Shown piece by piece: positions 20,708 through 30,999 of a DNA stretch of 64,000 nucleotides; positions within the stretch are counted from its first letter, which is position 1, and each line of letters starts with the position of its first letter. Both the position numbers and the translations under genes were made by a program. A model generated the notes under the pieces. That model did no database searches. It was not told the DNA's origin and saw nothing but the letters and a program-made list of their open reading frames with translations. Source of the stretch: Aureliella sp. Lineage in GTDB: Bacteria > Planctomycetota > Planctomycetia > Pirellulales > Pirellulaceae. The stretch spans positions 4,544,001 to 4,608,000 of the forward strand of contig OY829846.1 of the NCBI GenBank assembly GCA_963691875.1, written 5' to 3'.

Positions 20708-22228
20708 TCACTCGATTTCGCGGATTTTGATGTCGCGCCAGCGGACGTCGTAAGGGCCAGCTTGCTTGCCGATGCCGTGGACTTGAAGGCCAAGGAAGCC
20801 TTCCTGGTAGCTGGTTTCGTCATAGATGTCTTCGATCTTTTGACCGTTGATCCAAGTTTGAATGCGAGGACCTACAGCACGAATAAGGTAACGATTCCAC
20901 TCGCCATTCTTAATCGCATCGGTCTTGGGCTGACGAGGGCTGAGCCATCCGCGGCCAGTCGCTTCGCCGTAGACATAACCTGCTTCGGCAGGGCCAGCTT
21001 CGATCTCGACCTGTGGACCGTGAACTCGGAAGTTCATGTAGTCGGCGAGGCTCTTTGAGCGAATCTGTACGCCTGAGTTTAGTTTGTCGTGAACTTTGAC
21101 TTCAAAAGTGAGCTCGAAGTCGGCGTAGTCCTTGTCACTGCACAAGAAGGAGTTGGGGCTACCCTTAGCAGTCACGCCTAAGATTGCGTCGCCATCGACC
21201 GAGTACTTCGCGGTTCCATTACGCTGCGTCCAGCCGTCCAAGTTCTTTTGGTTGAATAGAGAGACCCAGCCATCGGTATCTAGGCTAGGTGCCTTCGAGA
21301 AGTCGGACTTCCCGTGACCAATCGGAAGTTTTAGTGTCTTGGGATCACGGATAACAACTACTTTTTTGCTCAGTTGAGCTGCGGTGACGGCTGGTTGAGT
21401 CACATCGCCGCTCGCCGCCCACTCGGTCCCGCGTTCCAGAGTGATCTGAAAAGCGGCTCCGCCCATCGCCTTTGCGTCATCGCCCATGATGGTATGGAAT
21501 ACTCTACCTTTTCCGTAGGACAAAACCATCAAAGCTGGCTCATGTTCGCCAGTGCCCCCCGTTTTCTTGTCACTAAAGGCGGTTGCAAGTACTTCCATGT
21601 TCTTGGCTGGGCCGCGGAGTTCGGCGTACAGTTCATCGTTGGCTTGCAGCCAGCTTGCTGGGATCCCGCGTGTAATGGGATGCTCTGCATCTCGTACTAC
21701 TACTTCGTACTCGTGACGGCGGCCATGGCTGCCGCCACGGCCTGCTTGTGTATCTCGCTCAAACTTCCCGTTTCGCCAGCGAACGTAAGGGCCGGACTTT
21801 TCATTGCGGCCGCCCCAACCACCTACTCCGATGATCTCGTTGTATTCAGCCCAGTTGGGGAAAGAGTTATTGGCTGCGTGAATGCAAACGAATCCACCGC
21901 CGCCTTTCACGTAGTCGATAAAGGCTTGTTGTGTGTTTTCCGACCAAGAATCACCGTTGTAGTTACTAATGACGACATCGTAGTTGCTGAACTTAGGCTG
22001 GAACTCATTCATGTTGCCGCCTTTGGCTGGCGAAGTGGCAACATCGACTTGGAATCTTCCAGTGCTTTCAAGCGTTTGTTTGATTAGCGGCGATGTTTCT
22101 TGCCAGCGGTGATTGTTTTGTCCGTCGACGAGCAAGGTCTTAAAGATCTTCTCGCCGGCTTGCAGGGGCCCGGTCAAGACGAGGGCCGATAAGGCGAGGT
22201 AAAGGAGGCGGTTCATAGAGTGTCGCAT
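20708..22228 (-). CDS. Secreted ThuA-like + DUF1080 (3-keto-disaccharide hydrolase-like) protein
   Basis: [31 protein letters not shown]; then [33 protein letters not shown]. Confidence 0.88.
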   Translation of the reverse strand: MRHSMNRLLYLALSALVLTGPLQAGEKIFKTLLVDGQNNHRWQETSPLIKQTLESTGRFQVDVATSPAKGGNMNEFQPKFSNYDVVISNYNGDSWSENTQQAFIDYVKGGGGFVCIHAANNSFPNWAEYNEIIGVGGWGGRNEKSGPYVRWRNGKFERDTQAGRGGSHGRRHEYEVVVRDAEHPITRGIPASWLQANDELYAELRGPAKNMEVLATAFSDKKTGGTGEHEPALMVLSYGKGRVFHTIMGDDAKAMGGAAFQITLERGTEWAASGDVTQPAVTAAQLSKKVVVIRDPKTLKLPIGHGKSDFSKAPSLDTDGWVSLFNQKNLDGWTQRNGTAKYSVDGDAILGVTAKGSPNSFLCSDKDYADFELTFEVKVHDKLNSGVQIRSKSLADYMNFRVHGPQVEIEAGPAEAGYVYGEATGRGWLSPRQPKTDAIKNGEWNRYLIRAVGPRIQTWINGQKIEDIYDETSYQEGFLGLQVHGIGKQAGPYDVRWRDIKIREIE

Positions 22229-22421
22229 GGTTGGCCTAGTCGGGGAAAGAAGTGGAGTGCCGTTGAGATTCCTATTTTGAATGCGAGACTGTCTGCTTGC
22301 AACATGCAGGCTTTTTAGTGGCGATCATCCAACGTAGTGGGATTCACCAGAATTCCTTAATGCCACATGCGATAGCTGGCTGTCGTATTGCTTCGTGGGT
22401 TCGAGCAAGCATTTCGCTCCT

Positions 22422-23438
22422 CTAACTGAATCCCTTTAGTAGTTGCTTCAGCTCGCCGAAGGACTTGGGGCGATCAGCCGGATCTTTAAGCAGGCAACGG
22501 TGGACCAATTCCTGCATAGGTTGTGAGATGGGAAGGTCGGACGGGAATTGTGGCAGGCGACCCTTGGACTGCTTCCAAAGTGTTTCGATGGAGGTGTTGC
22601 CTGAGTACGGTTTCTGTCCCGTCAGCATAAAGTAAAGAACGCAACCGAATGAGTAGATGTCGCTTGAGGGGACCAGGGGAGCTTGGTTGATGATTTCTGG
22701 TGAAAGAAACGAAGGCGTGCCTGAAATGCCAGCCGGACCATCGGCTCCAAATTTCACGGCCAGCCCAAAGTCGATCAAGTAGGCACGAGCCTGCTTATCG
22801 ATCAAGAGATTTGCTGGCGTTAGGTCACAATGCAGCCATTGATGGTAGTGCAGGGCTTCCATCGATTCGCATACTTGAAGTCCAATCGCTCCTGCCTCGG
22901 TTTCGTTCAAGACGCCATTCCGATCAACGTGAGTCCTGAGATCTGCAGCGTGAACTCTCTCGGTGATGATGTAGTCAAAGCCGGCATCGCTGCCAGCATC
23001 GAGAAGTCGAGGGACGCCCGCCAAACCCAAAGAATAGATTTCTCGTTCGACCTCGAGTCTCTTAGCAACCGGTTCGAGACGATTCGCTAGCTTCAGCACG
23101 ACTTGGGGGCCCCCCGATTGGGGCGCGGCCAAGTAAGTTAAACTCGTCCAACCGTCGATGATGGGCTGGATTTCTTTTTCGAGTTCGTAAGGACCGATCC
23201 GATCGGCAGTCAGAGGTGCAGTGCACCCAGGACCTGGCTGGCCCAGTGGGTCTGGTGGGGACCTGTGTCTGTTAAGTGCTGTGACCCTGGATTGTGGGGA
23301 GCTAGCAATGTTTGACTCGGGTGGGTTGTCTGGGCTGCTACTTGCGTTCGGGAGATGTAGGAAGAGAAAAAATAAGGCAACCAGGGCAATCAACGCAACT
23401 GAAGCAGCAACAAGACCGAGAATCACTCTAGTATTCAC
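22422..23438 (-). CDS. Ser/Thr protein kinase-like protein with N-terminal TM helix
   Basis: VVLK, HCDLTPANLL, DFG, GTPSFLSPE, SDIYSFG. Start inferred at GTG 23438, because the longer ORF runs antisense through rpmB. Confidence 0.8.
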   Translation of the reverse strand: MNTRVILGLVAASVALIALVALFFLFLHLPNASSSPDNPPESNIASSPQSRVTALNRHRSPPDPLGQPGPGCTAPLTADRIGPYELEKEIQPIIDGWTSLTYLAAPQSGGPQVVLKLANRLEPVAKRLEVEREIYSLGLAGVPRLLDAGSDAGFDYIITERVHAADLRTHVDRNGVLNETEAGAIGLQVCESMEALHYHQWLHCDLTPANLLIDKQARAYLIDFGLAVKFGADGPAGISGTPSFLSPEIINQAPLVPSSDIYSFGCVLYFMLTGQKPYSGNTSIETLWKQSKGRLPQFPSDLPISQPMQELVHRCLLKDPADRPKSFGELKQLLKGFS

Positions 23439-23636
23439 TCCAATCTGGCGGCGCAGGGAACGCACCACCAGAATGGGGTGCTTGGTTTGCGGTTGCTCCG
23501 TTTCCCATCGCGCGTATACTCTGCACCATCTTAAAAGAAACCATGGGCGGAATGTGCGATCGCGCCATCTCCGCATTCCCGGATTTGTCCGGAAGAGATA
23601 TCTAAACTGTAATTTTGTGAAGTTGGGAAGCCTGGT

Positions 23637-23900
23637 ATGGCAAGGCAATGTGCAATCTGCGGAAAGCAGGCCTCTGTAGGTAATCGAGTAGAGTTGCGTG
23701 GTAAGGCCAAGTACTTGGGCGGTGTCGGTACGAAGATCACTGGCATCACACGCCGTAAGTTCAAGCCAAACCTTCAAAAGGTGAAGGTTGAACTGCCTAG
23801 CGGTGAGCACAAGAAACTCTGGGTATGTACTCAGTGCATCCGCAGTGGCGTGATCCGCAAGGTTGTGAAGCAGAAGCCGTTTGCGCTGCCGAGTAAGTAA
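23637..23900 (+). CDS. rpmB: 50S ribosomal protein L28 (zinc-ribbon form)
   Basis: MARQCAICGK..TRRKFKPNLQ..VCTQCIRSG. Confidence 0.95.
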   Translation: MARQCAICGKQASVGNRVELRGKAKYLGGVGTKITGITRRKFKPNLQKVKVELPSGEHKKLWVCTQCIRSGVIRKVVKQKPFALPSK

Positions 23901-23927
23901 AGATTCCATCTTCGGATAGGAAGCTCG

Positions 23928-24218
23928 ATGAGTCTATCTCGGGATGATGTCGCGGGCGTTGCAAAGCTCGCGAAACTGCAATTCTCAAGCGAAGAGATCG
24001 ATCAACTCACGGATCAGCTCGGTCGTATAGTGAGTTTTGTCGACCAGCTCAATCAGGTGGATACCGAGGGCGTGGATACCATGGCTCATCCCCTCGATGT
24101 TGAATCTGTCGTTCGTGAAGATCAGCTAGCAGATAGCTTGGATCGTGCGGATGCTCTTAAGAATGCGCCAAACCAGGATGGAGAACTCTTCTTGGTCCCG
24201 CCAGTGATGGCAAAGTAG
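23928..24218 (+). CDS. gatC: Asp/Glu-tRNA amidotransferase subunit C
   Basis: VAKLAKL..VDTEGV..REDQ..ALKNAP..FLVPPV; upstream of gatA. Confidence 0.93.
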   Translation: MSLSRDDVAGVAKLAKLQFSSEEIDQLTDQLGRIVSFVDQLNQVDTEGVDTMAHPLDVESVVREDQLADSLDRADALKNAPNQDGELFLVPPVMAK

Positions 24219-24446
24219 GGCTACTTTGAAGAAGCGGAACTCGTCAAGAGTTTGGGCGAGCCTCTAGTGGAACCTATCTTGGTTGGCAGTCGAGCTTCAC
24301 TTGTGCTTACTTCGCTGACTACTAGGCGTATGCCGTCTCGCTTGAGCGCTCACGAGAGTCGAGATGGTTTGACAGCGTTACGTTCGTTACGGCCTACTGA
24401 GTATCTTGCGGTACGCGCGATTCATCAGATCCCTTAAGCTCTTGGC

Positions 24447-25919
24447 ATGAACATACTAGAGCTATCGGCGACCGAGATCGCCTCGAAAATCGCAGCCAGA
24501 GAAATATCCTCACGCGAGGTGACTGCTTTCTTCCTGGAGCGAATCGATACGCTGGACTCAAAGGTAGTGGCCTTCACGTCACGTAACACTCTAGCCTTGC
24601 AGCAGGCTGAGGAAGCGGACCGCAAGATCCAGGCCGGTGAGTTGTCGGGACCGCTCGCTGGCGTACCCGTCGCCATCAAAGACGTGCTTTGTACGGCTGA
24701 AATGCCGACAACCTGTGGTTCGCAGATGCTGAGGGATTTTACCGCACCATACTCCGCGACTGCCGTTCGGAAGATTCTCGATGCTGGTATGGTCGTCCTG
24801 GGCAAAACGAACATGGATGAGTTCGCGATGGGTGGCAGCACGGAGACAAGTGTTTTTGGTGCGACGCATAATCCCTGGGATCTCAATCGCACTGCGGGCG
24901 GCTCGAGCGGTGGCTCGGCAGCAGCCCTCGCGGCTGGTATGGCTCCGATCGCAATCGGTTCTGACACCGGTGGATCGGTTCGTCAACCCGCAGCATTCTG
25001 TGGCGTTTGTGGCCTGAAGCCAACTTATGGTCGCGTTAGTCGTTTCGGCTTAGTTGCCTTCGCGAGTAGCCTCGATCAAGTTGGATGCTTCGCGCATCAT
25101 TCTTCCGACTTGGCTGCGACACTCCAAGTGATCGCTGGGTTTGACAATCGCGATAGCACTTCGGTGAATGCGGAAGTATCCGACTACTCCGCGTCCCTAG
25201 GAGATTCTCTATTGGCATTGAAAGTCGGCATCATTCGCGAGCATCTTGAAAATGAGGCACTGGATCCAGAGGTTCGCGCAGCGGTTGCGAAAGCGCAGGA
25301 TTGCCTCAAAGGTTTGGGAGCTGAGATCATCGAAGTCGAGCTTCCGCATACCAATTACTCAGTCCCTGCCTACTACGTCGTCGCTCCTTGTGAGGCGAGC
25401 GGGAATCTGTCTCGCTATGAAGGTGTGCACTATGGATTCCGGCAACTAGGTGGCCCAGAAGATCCACCGTTGGAAGGTATGATCGCCGCAAGCCGAAGCG
25501 AAGGCTTTGGTGCAGAAGTGAAACGTCGCATCATGTTGGGCACTTTCGCATTGAGCGAAGGCTACTCGGACGCCTACTACAAGAAAGCTCTTCGCGTGCG
25601 ACGGCTCATCGCACAGGACTACCAGGAGGCCTTTGAAAAAGTAGATGTATTGCTCGGACCTACCACCCCGACAGCACCTTACGAATTGGGTGAGAAAGTC
25701 GGTGATCCAGTTCAGATGTACTTGGGTGATTTATTCACGGTAGGTGCGAACTTGGCGGGCTTGCCTGGATTGTCCGTTCCCGCAGGCATGAATGCCGCTG
25801 GCTTGCCGCTGGCGGTGCAGTTGCAAGGGCCGGCCATGGGCGAGGCGAAGTTGTTGCGAGTAGCTCATCAGTTGCAACGCGCGGGGTTGTTTGTGCCCCA
25901 GGTTGCCAGTGTAGCGTAG
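24447..25919 (+). CDS. gatA: Asp/Glu-tRNA amidotransferase subunit A
   Basis: GKTNMDEFAMG, GGSSGGSAA, GSDTGGSVRQPA, EVKRRIMLGT. Confidence 0.97.
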   Translation: MNILELSATEIASKIAAREISSREVTAFFLERIDTLDSKVVAFTSRNTLALQQAEEADRKIQAGELSGPLAGVPVAIKDVLCTAEMPTTCGSQMLRDFTAPYSATAVRKILDAGMVVLGKTNMDEFAMGGSTETSVFGATHNPWDLNRTAGGSSGGSAAALAAGMAPIAIGSDTGGSVRQPAAFCGVCGLKPTYGRVSRFGLVAFASSLDQVGCFAHHSSDLAATLQVIAGFDNRDSTSVNAEVSDYSASLGDSLLALKVGIIREHLENEALDPEVRAAVAKAQDCLKGLGAEIIEVELPHTNYSVPAYYVVAPCEASGNLSRYEGVHYGFRQLGGPEDPPLEGMIAASRSEGFGAEVKRRIMLGTFALSEGYSDAYYKKALRVRRLIAQDYQEAFEKVDVLLGPTTPTAPYELGEKVGDPVQMYLGDLFTVGANLAGLPGLSVPAGMNAAGLPLAVQLQGPAMGEAKLLRVAHQLQRAGLFVPQVASVA

Positions 25920-25975
25920 CCGCTGCGTGCATTCCGGTTTTGAGCATTGATTGAGTCGATTTCGAGAATTATGTC

Positions 25976-27463
25976 ATGAGTGAATCCGCAGCAAGTTCGT
26001 ACCAAATGATCGTAGGACTGGAAGTCCACGTTCAGCTCGCCACACAATCCAAGCTATTCTGTGGCTGTGCGACCAAGTTCGGTGCTCCACCGAACACACA
26101 AGTATGCCCAGTTTGTCTCGGTCAACCTGGCGCATTGCCAGTCATGAACAAGGAAGCTGTACGGCTGGCCATCCAAACTGGCCTAGCTTTGAACTGCGAG
26201 ATTGCCTCCTTCACCAAGTGGGATCGCAAGAACTATTTTTATCCCGATCTCCCCAAGGGCTATCAGATTAGTCAATTTGATGAACCGATTTGCGGCCCCG
26301 GCTATCTTGATTTCGACGATCCAGAATCGCCAGGTGAGCAGCTCCGCGTGCGTCTTATTCGAGCTCACTTGGAGGAGGATGCAGGCAAGAGCATGCACGA
26401 TGAGGAGGCAGGCAAGGCTGATAGCAGGATCGACTTGAACCGCACTGGTACGCCTCTGCTGGAAATTGTCTCTGAACCCGATTTGCGTTCCGCAGCGGCG
26501 GCGCGTGCCTATTTGACTGAACTGCGTCTGTTGCTGACTTATCTTGGTGTTTCCGACTGCAACATGCAGGAAGGTAGCCTCCGCGCGGATGCGAACGTTA
26601 ATTTGCACATTGAGAAAGGTGGGGAAATTGTCGCGACTCCAATTGTTGAAGTAAAGAATCTCAACAGTTTTCGCGCCGTGGAGCGAGCTCTGGATTACGA
26701 GGGCCAGCGACAATGGGATGACTGGCAGCGAACTGGGCAAACGATCAAGGATGCACCCAAAAGGACTTTTGGGTGGGACGATGCGCGTGGTGTGACCGTC
26801 CTGCAACGAGAGAAAGAAGATTCGGCGGACTATCGCTATTTTCCAGATCCGGATCTGGTGCCGCTGCGAATTAGTTCAGAGCAGCTTGCAAACGTACGCG
26901 ACAGCTTGGGCGAATCGCCGCGTGCCATTCGTGAGCGACTGCAGACAGCGCATGATTTGAAGCCTTATGACGCGGAGGTCATTGTCGGGCAGGGCAAGGG
27001 AGTCGTCGAGTACTTTGACCAAGTTGTTGCTTCTGGTGGTAGTGCGAAGAGGGCTAGTAGTTGGGTGCATCAGGAAGTTCTAAGGGTTCTTAATGATGGG
27101 AACTTGGAAATCAAAGACGTACCTGTGAGTCCAAAGCAGTTGGCCGAGTTGATTTCGGCTATCGACGCTGGCGATCTTGATACTTCGAAAGGCAAAGAGG
27201 TCTTTCAGTTCTGGTTGGAAAATCCTGGCAAGTCGGTTGAGGATGCCAAGGAGGCTCTTGGGATCAAATCTGTCGACAAGGGCGAGCTGGAATCGCTGTG
27301 TCGCGAGCTGCTGGCCGAGAATGAGAAAGTAGTCAATCAGTTCAAGGATGGCAATACTAAGGCGTTGGGTGCATTGATTGGCGCTGCGAAGAAAAAGAAT
27401 CCCAACGCCGACCCACGCATGGTAAGAGACCTCTGCCAACAGATCATCGAAAATGAGATTTAG
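25976..27463 (+). CDS. gatB: Asp/Glu-tRNA amidotransferase subunit B
   Basis: GLEVHVQL, RKNYFYPDLPKGYQISQ, HLEEDAGKS, DYRYFPDPDL. Confidence 0.97.
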   Translation: MSESAASSYQMIVGLEVHVQLATQSKLFCGCATKFGAPPNTQVCPVCLGQPGALPVMNKEAVRLAIQTGLALNCEIASFTKWDRKNYFYPDLPKGYQISQFDEPICGPGYLDFDDPESPGEQLRVRLIRAHLEEDAGKSMHDEEAGKADSRIDLNRTGTPLLEIVSEPDLRSAAAARAYLTELRLLLTYLGVSDCNMQEGSLRADANVNLHIEKGGEIVATPIVEVKNLNSFRAVERALDYEGQRQWDDWQRTGQTIKDAPKRTFGWDDARGVTVLQREKEDSADYRYFPDPDLVPLRISSEQLANVRDSLGESPRAIRERLQTAHDLKPYDAEVIVGQGKGVVEYFDQVVASGGSAKRASSWVHQEVLRVLNDGNLEIKDVPVSPKQLAELISAIDAGDLDTSKGKEVFQFWLENPGKSVEDAKEALGIKSVDKGELESLCRELLAENEKVVNQFKDGNTKALGALIGAAKKKNPNADPRMVRDLCQQIIENEI

Positions 27464-27644
27464 TCAGTTGCATCTAGTGGCATACGCTTCCAGCCTGTGA
27501 TTTACTGGTGCTCATTCCTAATGCTTCTAAGCTGTGAGCTTGGAGGAGTACCGACAGGCTTACAAGCAGGATACTCATTCCACGTTGGAGATCACGCTTT
27601 GTTATGTCGATTCTATGTGCGGTTGACGACATGGAGAGAAAACA

Positions 27645-28559
27645 ATGGCGACAGGTGGAAAAGCAGTTAGAGGTACATTCTGGCTGTTGGCATTTTCAGT
27701 GACTGGTCTCTGGGGACTGGCTGGGTTCCATCCCTTTGTAACGATGTGCAGCGTTTCTTTCTCGCTGTACCTTCTCATCAAACTGCATACGCTGGTAAGC
27801 TATAAGCGAAACAACAAACTCTTCTCAATGTTTTCAGTCCTCGCCTGGTTTATCGGCTGGCCAGGGCTAGATGCGAAGGCTTTCTTTTCTAAAGCCCAAA
27901 GAGAATCGTCGAGTAAGCATTCGAAGAATGGGAGATACGCCGACCTAACCGAAATGACGCTTGCAGCCAGCAAGATGTTACTCGGTATCGCGATGCTGGT
28001 ATTGGTTGCTCCTGTTTTCCTTTCGAGCAATGATCTGTTGGCGGGCTGGATTGCCCTCGCGGGAATTCTGATGATGCTGCACTTTGGCGTCTTTCATTTG
28101 CTCGCGATTTTTTGGCGTTGGGGCGGACGCAATGTTCGTCCAATCATGAACGCACCTGTCTTGTCGACTTCGGTTAGTGATTTTTGGAGCAAACGCTGGA
28201 ACCTAGCGTTTCGAGACTACACGTATCCCCATCTTTTTAAGCCGCTCGCCCGAAGTTGGTCGCCGCTTGCCGCGGTAGTCGGAGGTTATGCCTTTTCTGG
28301 CTTAGTGCATGAGTTAGCTATCTCCGTGCCAGCTCAAGCAGGGTTTGGCCTGCCAACGCTCTACTTTGCGATGCAAGGCGTTGCGATCGTATCCGAGCGA
28401 TGGTTGGCAAAAAAAGGTGTTGCGATTAAAGGGGGGTGGCGAGGTTGGATCTGGACGGCGGTGGTGACCGTTCCAGGTGCAATTGTTTTGTTTCATCCAC
28501 CCTTTATCCGAAATGTGATTGTGCCGGTGGTTGGGTTTGTAGCTTGGGGGAAGACGTGA
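27645..28559 (+). CDS. MBOAT (wax-synthase-like, MBOAT_2) membrane O-acyltransferase
   Basis: PIMNAP..SVSDFWSKRWN, FSGLVHE; multiple TM helices. Confidence 0.85.
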   Translation: MATGGKAVRGTFWLLAFSVTGLWGLAGFHPFVTMCSVSFSLYLLIKLHTLVSYKRNNKLFSMFSVLAWFIGWPGLDAKAFFSKAQRESSSKHSKNGRYADLTEMTLAASKMLLGIAMLVLVAPVFLSSNDLLAGWIALAGILMMLHFGVFHLLAIFWRWGGRNVRPIMNAPVLSTSVSDFWSKRWNLAFRDYTYPHLFKPLARSWSPLAAVVGGYAFSGLVHELAISVPAQAGFGLPTLYFAMQGVAIVSERWLAKKGVAIKGGWRGWIWTAVVTVPGAIVLFHPPFIRNVIVPVVGFVAWGKT

Positions 28560-28978
28560 TGAGCATGCTGCAATGGCTAGTTGTTATCTCAGGTGTTATT
28601 CATTTTGGGACACTACTTGGCAGTGCTCAGGTTCCAAAAGTATTGAACTTCCGCGAGGAGTTGCCAAAACTAAATCCGTTGTTGCGTCACTGGGTGTTCG
28701 TTTGCGGCGGTTACATTGTCTTCAACATAGTTGCCTTTGGGCTGATTTCGCTGGTGTTCTTTGGAGAGCTAGCGGCGGCCAGCGCCGAGAGAACCACGAT
28801 GGCTCGCGTATTTTGCGGCTACGTCTCTCTTTTCTGGTCAATTCGGCTGCTGATCCAGTTCTTCGTGTTCAATGCAAAGCCATATTTGCAAAACACTTTT
28901 CTGAAAGTCGGCTACCACGGACTTACTTTGGTCTTTCTGTGGCAGACCTTTGTGTACGGGTGGCTCGCGATAGCCTAG
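28559..28978 (+). CDS. Four-TM membrane protein coupled to the MBOAT gene
   Basis: ATG overlaps the MBOAT stop (TGATG); four hydrophobic segments. Confidence 0.7.
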   Translation: MSMLQWLVVISGVIHFGTLLGSAQVPKVLNFREELPKLNPLLRHWVFVCGGYIVFNIVAFGLISLVFFGELAAASAERTTMARVFCGYVSLFWSIRLLIQFFVFNAKPYLQNTFLKVGYHGLTLVFLWQTFVYGWLAIA

Positions 28979-29059
28979 CTTCCGATGGGGAGAGACAAGT
29001 AGGATGCTTATCCCACGATGAGGTCTAACAAGTAGCCTAGGTACGCTAAGCGATGACTG

Positions 29060-30193
29060 CTAGAAGCCATTCTTGGTGATGCTTCCGCCGAGAAGACGCA
29101 TGGCGGTGATAGCAGCGTCCGTGTGCGGGTATCTATTGATCAAGAAATTAAGGGCACGGTCGCGTAAAGTTTGGCTACGTATCTTGCGAGCGGCTACCAG
29201 ATCCCTAGAGGCTTCTTTTTCCTCATTTTCTTGTAGCTGTTCGATACGAGCGAGTCGTGATTCACGTTCTAAGTCACTGGTTCGAGCAGGCAGATAGATG
29301 AATCGCAAAACAGCGTACTGTCGACCGCCGCTATTGACGATCCCCTTTTCCAATTGTGATTCTTCACCGAGTTTCGCAAGTAGCTGAAAGGCCGCTCCAC
29401 GATACGCTCGATCACCCGCGCGCGGCCGGTGCACCCGAAAAAGGTTTACGAGAACTGAGTAACGTCCAGCAGGAGCGTTCTCCAGCCACCGAATATTCTC
29501 GACGGGTTGGTTGCTTTCGCCACGGACGTTCATATCCACGTCGAGCAGGCCGCCGCATCGTGAAGATTTGCGGAGATGTGAGATGCGTTCGCCGGAAGGG
29601 CAAATGACGTGAAGGTCTAGATCGTTGATGTTGCGCCAGGCGAGTGCGAACTGCACCTCGCCTTTACTTCCGCCTGCCTCTGAGACTCGCTTTTGAATGC
29701 CCATCGCTGCCCTGGACATTGGCTGAGCAAGAGTGGTTGAGACTGGCGTCGTGTTTTCTGACACGGCAGGCTCAGCTTGCGAGGATGTTTCAGGTGGTGG
29801 AGTTTCGGTTTTTGGGAGCGTCGGAGCACTGACTTCGACTGTCATCTGAAGTTCTGGCTTGACCTCAATTTCTTCTTCCGGCTCTTGGACAGGCGAGACA
29901 TCAGCCAGCTCAAAGGTTTCCAGCTCATTGACCAACGTGGGCTTTGCCTTGACGACCGTCATGGCGATGTGTTCCGATGGCGAGTTGTCGCCAAGGGCGA
30001 TCAGGCAAAGAGCCAGCGCGGCTAGAAGGTGCAGGATGGTGCTTGCGAGGATTGCCGGGAAGACAGGCCGCTGCGAATCTGTCTTTGCTTCGGCCACATC
30101 GCCCGCCGCAGTCTTGCGCCCAGGCAAATTCTCTACCGGCACAGGAGGCGCGATGCTCCTCAGGCTGTTCTGGCTAACGGTTTTCCCAAGCAT
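29060..30193 (-). CDS. Membrane-anchored YfaP/DUF2135-like domain protein
   Basis: TM helix, Pro/Glu-rich linker, LAWRNINDLDLHVICPSGE..LDVDMN..PVENIRW..PAGRY. Confidence 0.7.
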   Translation of the reverse strand: MLGKTVSQNSLRSIAPPVPVENLPGRKTAAGDVAEAKTDSQRPVFPAILASTILHLLAALALCLIALGDNSPSEHIAMTVVKAKPTLVNELETFELADVSPVQEPEEEIEVKPELQMTVEVSAPTLPKTETPPPETSSQAEPAVSENTTPVSTTLAQPMSRAAMGIQKRVSEAGGSKGEVQFALAWRNINDLDLHVICPSGERISHLRKSSRCGGLLDVDMNVRGESNQPVENIRWLENAPAGRYSVLVNLFRVHRPRAGDRAYRGAAFQLLAKLGEESQLEKGIVNSGGRQYAVLRFIYLPARTSDLERESRLARIEQLQENEEKEASRDLVAARKIRSQTLRDRALNFLINRYPHTDAAITAMRLLGGSITKNGF

Positions 30194-30594
30194 TCAGACG
30201 TTTCCAACCTGATTTCAACTATGGTGAAAGCAGGAATGCGGCTCAGTTTTGGATCGGTGTCGAAGTCCTTGGTCCAAATCTGCGACGGAAAATGGGCAGA
30301 AATAATGACGAAAGGTGCAAAGAGAAGAGCAAGTTCAACTGCGTCATGGTACCACAATATGTCCCAACCTCAGCAGAAAAAGATTGCCTGGATAGTCAAA
30401 AAGTGGGCAACAGGCGACTCCCAGTTCTTTATTTGACTGACTGTTTTTCGGGCTGAAACCGGATTTTGCGTCTCCGAAGCCAGCACGTCTGACACCGAGA
30501 TTGTTACAATTTTGACTGAAAGTCATCGAACAAAATGGCTTTTCGGTCACTTAGGCAGTTACACGCCCTTCCAAGATAGATTCGAGAATTCGCA

Positions 30595-30882
30595 GTGGCA
30601 GGGACACTTACCGGAACCGTCGTCGAAGTTGATGCTTCAGGGGACCTCATCACAGATATTCAGGCGGTCGCACTGGACGGAGCGCCGCGTGATAATTCGT
30701 TGCGAATCGTGGTGGATGAGCATGAGACATTTGGGTTGTACGCGTCTGATCACTCCCAGCCTTCGATGACTCTCGTAGCGATAGTCCAGGATTCGGGGCC
30801 TCTCAAGATCTCGTTGGTAGACGACAGTGCAAGCGGCATGCTCGGCGTGCAAATTGGTGCACCTGTTCAGGTGAGTTGGTAG
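30595..30882 (+). CDS. Stand-alone SAM hydroxide adenosyltransferase (DUF62) C-terminal-like domain
   Basis: GTVVEVDASGDLITDI and LKISLVDDSASGMLGVQIGAPV resemble the DUF62 C-terminal domain; 95 aa only. Confidence 0.65.
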   Translation: MAGTLTGTVVEVDASGDLITDIQAVALDGAPRDNSLRIVVDEHETFGLYASDHSQPSMTLVAIVQDSGPLKISLVDDSASGMLGVQIGAPVQVSW

Positions 30883-30999
30883 CGAGTAGTCCGCAAAGAT
30901 CGGCAGGCTGCCAAATTCTTTTAGACGCGGCGCATCGGTGAGTCTCAGCGAAGCAGCTGGTTATGTTCGCGCCAGCACTTTCGTGACTCTGGTTCCAGA

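Noticed and set aside
23439..23909. N-terminal 157 aa of the 495-aa kinase ORF
   Set aside because: Runs antisense through rpmB and has no protein-like features; an ORF-extension artefact.
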